Shown piece by piece: positions 1 to 6,276 of a stretch of 6,276 nucleotides of DNA. The DNA is from Vitrella brassicaformis CCMP3155 (taxonomy: Eukaryota > Protista > Chromerida): contig CDMY01001011.1 of assembly GCA_001179505.1 (NCBI GenBank), positions 1 to 6,276 on the forward strand, in the 5' to 3' direction. Made by a program: the position numbers and the translations under genes. The number at the start of each line of letters is the position of its first letter. The first letter of the stretch is position 1. Under the pieces are notes generated by a model. The model ran no database searches, was not told the DNA's origin, and was given only the letters and a program-made list of their open reading frames with translations.

Positions 1-2
1 GG

Positions 3-515
3 ACTCTCCACAAAATCCACAGACCTTACGTTGCATTGACTTAATCCTTTATCCGGGACTGACCGCCCGGCAGATCCTCTCTTCACCATTCTCCCCGACT
101 CTCTCCCACCTATTCTTACAAGTGTCACGTCGTCGATTATTATTTCAGTCGCCTGTTCGTTGTGTAATGAAGTATCTTCTTGCGCAAAGGCAGCAATCAC
201 GCCAGCTACCTCCCTCAGAGCTCTAAGTCATGCGGCACGCACAAACAAAGAGTCTGACCGCCTTCGTATCTTCGTGTCTCCCTTTGGTGATAGAAGTGCA
301 GCACACCCTAAGACGGAGAGAATGCAAGAGATAGATGCTTGCATGAGGAATGATGTACTTATGTACCTTGTCATCAGCGTGCCCTGCCAATGAGAGAAGT
401 CACCTTCGAGTAGATTCTTCAGCTTACTGTCGGGAATCACCGGTCGATCCCTCCCTTGAGAAGGGTGCTGGCTGGAGCCTTGAACCAACACCGTGACTAC
501 TTCATCCCTGGCACG
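3..515 (-). pseudogene. Possible degraded or recoded coding frame running off the left edge, with one in-frame TGA at 228-230; product unknown
   Basis: The supplied ORF 228..491 extends upstream to a TGA at 516-518. Past its own TGA it continues for 75 more open codons (LRALREVAGVIAAFAQED...DFVES) to the window edge, giving 171 codons with a single stop. No family is recognised. Confidence 0.25.
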
Positions 516-769
516 TCACACGCATAGATGAAAAGCACACGTGATGTCAAGCCATTCTTGTGTACTTCTTTGCGTCTGCTTATATCAGATCGGACATATA
601 GAGCCGTTTGAAGAGTTGCACTCTCAGTCGCGATGTGCCGAGTGTTTCTGGATCATACTGAACTACTCACCCACTCAACAACCTCCCTGGGCGCCTCCAT
701 GGTGTGGGTTTCACGCTTGTCGCCTGCAGTCCTCCGTGTGCGTGGATTAGATTGGGGATGGGCTGTCTC

Positions 770-910
770 GTGTGTGTGTGGTTCTGCGAGTCGGTGCGTG
801 GGGGTTTTGGGGGGGAGGGGTGGGCGGGTGTGTGTGTGTGGTGAGGGGTGTCTGTGTGTGTAGGGGCATGTGTATGTGCGCTTGTGTGTAGGTGTTGACG
901 TGTGTGTGTT
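770..910. repeat. Low-complexity GT-rich tract with interrupted (TG)n runs
   Basis: (TG)5 at 771-780, (TG)6 at 829-840 and further TG runs to 909. Only 2 A residues occur in 781-840. Confidence 0.8.
800..828 (+). other. Potential G-quadruplex-forming sequence
   Basis: G5-TTTT-G7-A-G4-T-G3-C-G3: five G tracts of at least 3 G with loops of 1-4 nt, fitting the canonical G3+N1-7 pattern. Folding is not demonstrated. Confidence 0.6.
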
Positions 911-1157
911 ATGCCGTCGCGCCCATCGATTTTCCTGCGGTGATTTTCGAGGAGCTGCTTTTGTGTACCCGAGGGGTGACCGCCTCTCGTCGCCTCCCAC
1001 CTCAGGGGCGTCGGGCGGCGAAGGCGCGGCTGCTCGCGGCCGCATCTGAGCCACCCTTCTCTTCGTGTGCCAGGGTATTTGTCGCTGGCCGGTTGATCTG
1101 CGCTGTCTGTCTGATTCGTACCGGGCGCATGTGGTTACGTGGCGCTGTAGTGTGGTT

Positions 1158-1229
1158 CGCACGTCACCAGGGCCCCTTCCTATGGCCGCGTGGTCGCCCT
1201 CTGCCGGCCGTCTGCCGGGGTGACGTGCG
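1158..1229. other. Perfect 11-bp inverted repeat with a 50-nt GC-rich spacer
   Basis: CGCACGTCACC (1158-1168) and GGTGACGTGCG (1219-1229) are exact reverse complements. Confidence 0.5.
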
Positions 1230-1298
1230 TGCTTCAGTGCGTGTCTGTCTCCATGTTCTCGCCCTTTCAGCGCCTCTGCAGATTCGCCGGCCTGCTTC

Positions 1299-1354
1299 TG
1301 CGTGTTGCGTGTTGCGGGTTGCGGGTTGCGTGTTGCGGGGTACATGTTGCGTGT
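1299..1354. repeat. 7-bp microsatellite (TGCGKGT) x8
   Basis: TGCGTGT TGCGTGT TGCGGGT TGCGGGT TGCGTGT TGCGGGG TACATGT TGCGTGT, in perfect 7-bp register. Confidence 0.85.
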
Positions 1355-1435
1355 CGGACAAACAGGGGACCAGGCCGTAGGGCCGCCTAGGGCATTGCGT
1401 GAAACCGCTTCCCCCGTTTCTGGATCACAGGTCGA

Positions 1436-2053
1436 TTGCACTTATGGACTCCTCTCTTGACTTTCGCACCCACCATTGCCGACCGTCACGTGCACGACAT
1501 CTCTCACCAGCCCAAGAGCTCAGCGCTATTCCGTGCCAACTATCCCGCCCTTTGTGCGTCGTCCTTTGAACGTTGCGTCTCGTACGCTGACGGCCACTTC
1601 CCCGGGGACATCACTTTCGCACCCGCCATTGCCGACCGTCACGTGCACGACATCTCTCACCAGCCCAAGAGCTCAGCGCTATTCCGTGCCAACTATCCCG
1701 CCCTTTGTGCGTCGTCCTTTGAACGTTGCGTCTCGTACGCTGACGGCCACTTCCCCGAGGGCATCACTTCCGCACCCACCATTGCCGACCGTCACGTGCA
1801 CGACATCTCTCACCAGCCCAAGAGCTCAGCGCTATTCCGTGCCAACTATCCCACCCTTTGTGCGTCGTCCTTTGAACATTGCGTCTCGTACGCTGACGGC
1901 CACTTCCCCGAGGGCATCACTTCCGCACCCACCATTGCCGAGCGTCATGTGCACGACATCTCTCACCAGCCCAAGATCTCCACACGTGAAGGATGGATGA
2001 TGCATGACGGACTCGATGGGTCGTTTTGCTTAGTTCTGACACACTTGCAGTGA
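1436..2053 (+). CDS. Possible coding frame or exon remnant made of 51-aa repeats (TFAPTIADRHVHDISHQPKSSALFRANYPALCASSFERCVSYADGHFPGDI); product unknown
   Basis: The frame is open across the whole 153-bp array. In copy 1, GC at codon positions 1/2/3 is about 59/51/71% and 28 of 51 codons end in C. Against it: the start is TTG, I recognise no domain, and 7 of 8 differences between copies are non-synonymous. Confidence 0.25.
   Translation: MHLWTPLLTFAPTIADRHVHDISHQPKSSALFRANYPALCASSFERCVSYADGHFPGDITFAPAIADRHVHDISHQPKSSALFRANYPALCASSFERCVSYADGHFPEGITSAPTIADRHVHDISHQPKSSALFRANYPTLCASSFEHCVSYADGHFPEGITSAPTIAERHVHDISHQPKISTREGWMMHDGLDGSFCLVLTHLQ
1460..1976. repeat. 153-bp tandem repeat, 3 full copies plus a partial fourth
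   Basis: Copies start at 1460, 1613, 1766 and 1919 (ACTT(T/C)CGCACCC...), and the fourth ends after CAGCCCAAGA at 1976. Full copies differ at 3-5 of 153 positions, with 8 variable sites in total. Confidence 0.97.
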
Positions 2054-2205
2054 CCGAATTGAAGGTACAGCTAGTTTAGTTCTTAGTATGCATTCTTGAT
2101 GGACTCCTCGTACCGATGCGCTTTTCGTCAACCACGTTCTCCCCCTCTTGACGACTATTGAGAGGGAAATCCACAGCTCTCTACACACAAGCAGGCACAC
2201 AAAAA

Positions 2206-5200
2206 TGCACACAGTCCAGGTCCAAACGTGCATGCGCAGGTGTGCGCACGAAGACATTCGTCATATACACACACTCCAAGTCGAAGCGTGCATGGACAGT
2301 GTGCGCACACAGGCATTCATCTGCAGGTGTGCGCACACAGAAACTCATGACATACACACACTGCAAGTCGACGCGTGCATGCGCAGGTGTGCGCATAGAG
2401 ACATTGAGTGTAAACACGCACTGCAAGTCGACGCGTGCATGCGCAGGTGTGCGCACAGAGACACTCATGACACGACGCGTGCATGCGCAGGTGTGCGCAC
2501 AGAGACACTCATGACATACACGCACTGCAAGTCGACTCGTGCATGTGCAGGTGTGCGCACAGAGACATTCATCATATACACACACTCCAAGTCCACACTC
2601 CAAGTCCAATCGCGCATGCGCAGGTGTGCGATAGAAATATTTATCATATACGCACACTCCAAGTCGACGCATGCATGCACAGGTGTGCGCACACAGACAT
2701 TCATCATATATACACACTCCAAGTTCAATCGAGACATTCATTATATACACACACTCCAAGTCCAATCGTGCATGTGCAGTTGTGTGCAGAGAGAAATCCA
2801 TCATATATGTGTGCAGAGAGAAATCCATCATATACGCACACTCCAAGTCCACGCGTGCATGCGCAGGTGTTTGCACAGAGACATTCATCATATGCACACA
2901 CTCCAAATCCAATCGTGCATGCGCAGGTGTGCGCACACAGTCATTCATCATATATACACACTCCAAGTTCAATCGAGACATTCATCATATACACACATTC
3001 CAAGTCCAATCGTGCATGTGCAGGTGTGCGCACAGAGACATTCATCATATACACACTCCAAATCCAATCGTGCATGCGCAGGTGTGCGCACACAGACATT
3101 CATTAGATACTCACACTCAAGTTCCAACGTGGATGCGCAGGTGTATGCATGTGCAGGTGTGCGCACACAGACATTCATCATATATACACACTCCAAGTTC
3201 AAACGAGACATTCATCATATACACACACTCCAAGTCCACACGTGCATGTGCAGGTGTACGCACACAGACATTCATTAGATACTCACACTCCAGTTCCAAC
3301 GTGCATGCGCAGGTGTGCGCATAGAGACATTCATCATATACACACACTCCAAGTCGACGCGTGCATGCGCAGGTGTGCGCATAAGACATTCATCATATGC
3401 ACACACTCCAAGTCCAATCGTGCATGCGCAGGTGTGCGCACACAGATATTCATCATATATACACACTCCAAGTTCAATCGAGACATTCATCATATACACA
3501 CACTCCCAAGTTCAATCGTGCATGTGCAGGTGTCTGCAGAGAGGGATCCATCATATACACACACTCCAAGTCCACGCGTGCATGCGCAGGTGTGCGCATA
3601 GAGACATTGAGTGTAAACACGCACTGCAAGTCGACGCGTGCATGTGCAGGTATGCGCACAGAGGAATTCATCATATACACACACTCCAAGTCCACACTCC
3701 AAGTCCAATCGTGCATGCGCAGGTTGCGTACAGAGATATTTATCATGAACGCACACCCCCAGTCGACGCATGCATGTGCAGGTGTGCGCACACAGACATT
3801 CATCATATATACACACTCCAAGTTCAAACGAGACATTCATCATATACACACACTCCAAATCCAAACGTGCATGTGCAGGTGTACGCACACAGACATTCAT
3901 TAGATACTCACACTCCAGTTCCAACGTGGATGCGAAGGTGTGCGCACATAGACATTCGTCATATACACACATTCCAGGTCGAAGCGTGTATGGGGAGGTG
4001 TGCGTACAAAGGCATTCATGTGCAGGTGTGCGCACAGAGAAATTCATCATATACACACACTCCAAGTCCACACGTGCATGTGCAGGTGTGCGCACTGAGA
4101 CACTCAGGACATACACGCACTGCAAGTCGACGCGTGCATGCGCAGGTGTGCGCACACAGACATTCATCGTATACACACACTCCAAGTCCAAGCGTGCATG
4201 CGCAGGTGTGCGCATAGAGACATTGAGTTTAAACACGCACTGCAAGTCGACGCGTGCATGTGCAGGTATGCGCATAGAGGCATTCATCATATACACACAC
4301 TCCAAGTCCACACTCCAAGTCCAATCGTGCATGCGCAGGTGTGCGCACAGACATATTCATCATGAACGCACACCCCCAGTCGACGCATGCATGTGCAGGT
4401 GTGCGCACACAGACATTCATCATATATACACACTCCAAGTCCAAACGAGACATTCATCATATACACACACACCAAGTCCAAACGTGCATGCGCAGGGATG
4501 GGTGCGCACACAGACGTTCATTATATACACACACTCCAAGTCCAAACGTGCACACACTCCAAGTCCAAACGTGCATGCGCAGGGATGGGTGCGCACAGAG
4601 ACATGGATCCTGTACACACACTCCAAGTCGACACGGGGCATGCGCAGGTGTGCGCACAGGGTCATTCATTATATACACACACTCCAAGTCGACGCGGGCA
4701 TGCGCACGTGTGCGGATACAGACATTCGTCATATACACACACTCCAAGTCGACACGTACATGCGCAGGTGTGCGCACAGAGACATTCAGTATATACAGAC
4801 ATGTCCACGCGTGCATGCGCAGGGTGTGCCCACAGGGACATTCATGACATACACACACTCCAAGTCCACGCGTGCATGTGCAGGTGTGCGCACAGGGACA
4901 TTCATTGTATACACACACACCAAGTCGACACGTGCATGTGCAGGTGTGCGCACAGGGACGAAATACTCCAAGTCGACACGTGGATGCGCAGGTGTGCATA
5001 CAAGACATTCAGTATATACACACACTCCAAGTCCAAACGTGCATGCGCAGGTGGGCGCACAGAGACGTTCATCATGTGCACACACTCCAAACGTGCATGC
5101 GCAGGTGTGCGCACAGAGACATTCAGTATATACACACACTGCAAGTCCAAACGTGCATGCGCAGGTGTGCGCACAGGGACGAAACACTCCAAGTCCACGC

Positions 5201-6276
5201 GTGCATGCGCAGGTGTGCGCACAGAGATATACACACACTCCAAGTCCACGCGTGCATGCGCAGGTGTGCGCATATAGCTAGACATTCATCATATACACCC
5301 ACTCCAAGTCCAACGTGCATGCGCAGGTGTGCGCACAGAGAAATTCGTCATATACACACACTCCAGGTCCACGCGTACATGCACAGGTGTGCACACAGGG
5401 ACATTCAGTATATAGAAACACTCCAAGTCCACGCGTGCATGCGCAGGGATGGGTGCGCACAGGGACATTCATGACATACACACACTCCAAGTCCAAACGT
5501 GCATGCGCAGGTGTGCGCACAGAGACATTCAGTATATAGAAACACTCCAAGTCCAAACGTGCCTGCGCAGGTGTGTGCACACAGACATTCATCATATGCA
5601 CACACTCCAAGTCCAAACATGCATGCGCAGGTGTGCGTATAGAGACGTTCATCGTATACACACTCTCCAAGTCGACGCATACATGTGCAGGTGTGCTCAT
5701 AGAGACGTTCGTCATATACCCACACTCCAAGTCCAACGTGCATGCGCAGGTGTGCGCACACAGATATACTCCAAGTCCAAACGTGCATGCGCAGGGATGC
5801 GCACACAGACGTTCATCATATACACACACACCAAGTCCAAACGTGCTTGCGCAGGTGTGCGCACATAGACATTCATCGTATACACACACTCCAAGTCCAC
5901 ACGTGCATGCGCAGGGATGGGTGCGCACACAGACGTTCATTATATACACACACTCCAAGTCCAAACGTGCATGCGCAGGAATGGGTGCGCACACAGACGT
6001 TCATCATCTACACACACACCAAGTCCAAACGTGCCTGCGCAGGGATGGGTGCGCACACAGACGTTCATTATATACACACACTCCAAGTCGACACGTGCAT
6101 GCGCAGGGATGGGTGCGCACACAGACGCTCCAAGTCGACACGTGCATGCGCAGGAATGGGTGCGCACACAGACGTTCATCATCTACACACACACCAAGTC
6201 CAAACATGCCTGCGCAGGGATGGGTGCGCACACAGACGTTCATTATATACACACACTCCAAGTCGACACGTGCATG
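2206..6276. repeat. Tandem satellite/minisatellite of about 70 units; 60-bp unit, with a 64-bp variant dominating after about 5900; runs off the right edge
   Basis: Consensus GCAGGTGTGCGCACAGAGACATTCATCATATACACACACTCCAAGTCGACGCGTGCATGC (60 bp). The GCAGG core recurs at exact 60-bp spacing in runs (2383/2443; 4082/4142/4202/4262; 5507/5567/5627/5687) and at 64-bp spacing at 5911/5975/6039/6103. Many units are truncated or point-mutated. The left edge is degenerate back to about 2160. Confidence 0.97.

Noticed and set aside
117-310. Reverse transcriptase assignment from GCAALLSP ... IIIDDVTLV
   Set aside because: The QG and (Y/F)xDD residues are missing, a stop lies between the motifs, and the resemblance is too short to support a call.
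340-400. Hammerhead ribozyme core CTGATGA on the minus strand (371-377)
   Set aside because: No stem II followed by GAAA lies downstream, and no flanking helices are evident.
653-1441. ORFs 653..1441 (-), 892..1380 (+), 1164..1361 (-), 1190..1390 (+) and 633..863 (+)
   Set aside because: A-depletion removes stop codons on both strands, and the translations mirror simple repeats (HTHT, CVCV, PATRN).
1484-1800. Yeast centromere CDEI (GTCACGTG) in the 153-bp units
   Set aside because: No AT-rich CDEII or CDEIII follows; it is a common E-box 8-mer.
1476-2000. Mucin-like T/S/P-rich ORF 1476..2000
   Set aside because: It is the expected shifted read of the C-ending codons in the overlapping 1436..2053 frame.
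2560-5830. C/D-box snoRNA array (minus strand ATGATGA matches box C in many units)
   Set aside because: Box D (CTGA) appears only in variant units where it replaces the box C sequence, and there are no terminal stems or recognisable guides.
2148-6261. The many overlapping ORFs in the satellite as real CDSs
   Set aside because: They occur in several frames on both strands at once, follow directly from a stop-free 60-bp unit, and are broken by indels that ignore frame.
2206-6276. CRISPR array
   Set aside because: There are no unique spacers. The sequence between conserved blocks is homologous from unit to unit, the variable slot is only 5 nt, and no cas-like ORF is present.
2206-6276. RIP-like CpA to TpA mutation in the satellite
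   Set aside because: Most cytosines in the unit lie in CA or CG context anyway, and A to G changes are also frequent, so no directional bias can be claimed by eye.
1-6276. Complete circular replicon
   Set aside because: The two ends share no overlap and the satellite is cut mid-unit at 6276.

Overview
No recognisable gene, rRNA, tRNA, CRISPR array or transposase is present. The window looks eukaryote-like (inference from composition) and is mostly tandem repeat. 1-750 is unique sequence with weak triplet periodicity but no identifiable protein. About 750-1360 is strongly A-depleted and GT/GC-rich, with (TG)n runs, a G-quadruplex motif, an 11-bp inverted repeat and a 7-bp microsatellite. 1460-1976 holds 3.4 near-identical copies of a 153-bp unit with coding-like third-position bias. 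From about 2206 to the right edge lies a satellite of about 70 units. Its unit is 60 bp in the left part and shifts to a 64-bp subfamily at the right, with clear higher-order (mosaic) structure. Nearly all ORFs in the supplied track from 653 onward are explained by composition: the satellite consensus has no plus-strand stop codon and the A-poor tract cannot form many stops. I found no evidence for a discrete new biological system. The best leads are the internal organisation of the satellite, the origin of the 153-bp unit and the TGA-interrupted frame at the left edge. All counts were made by hand.
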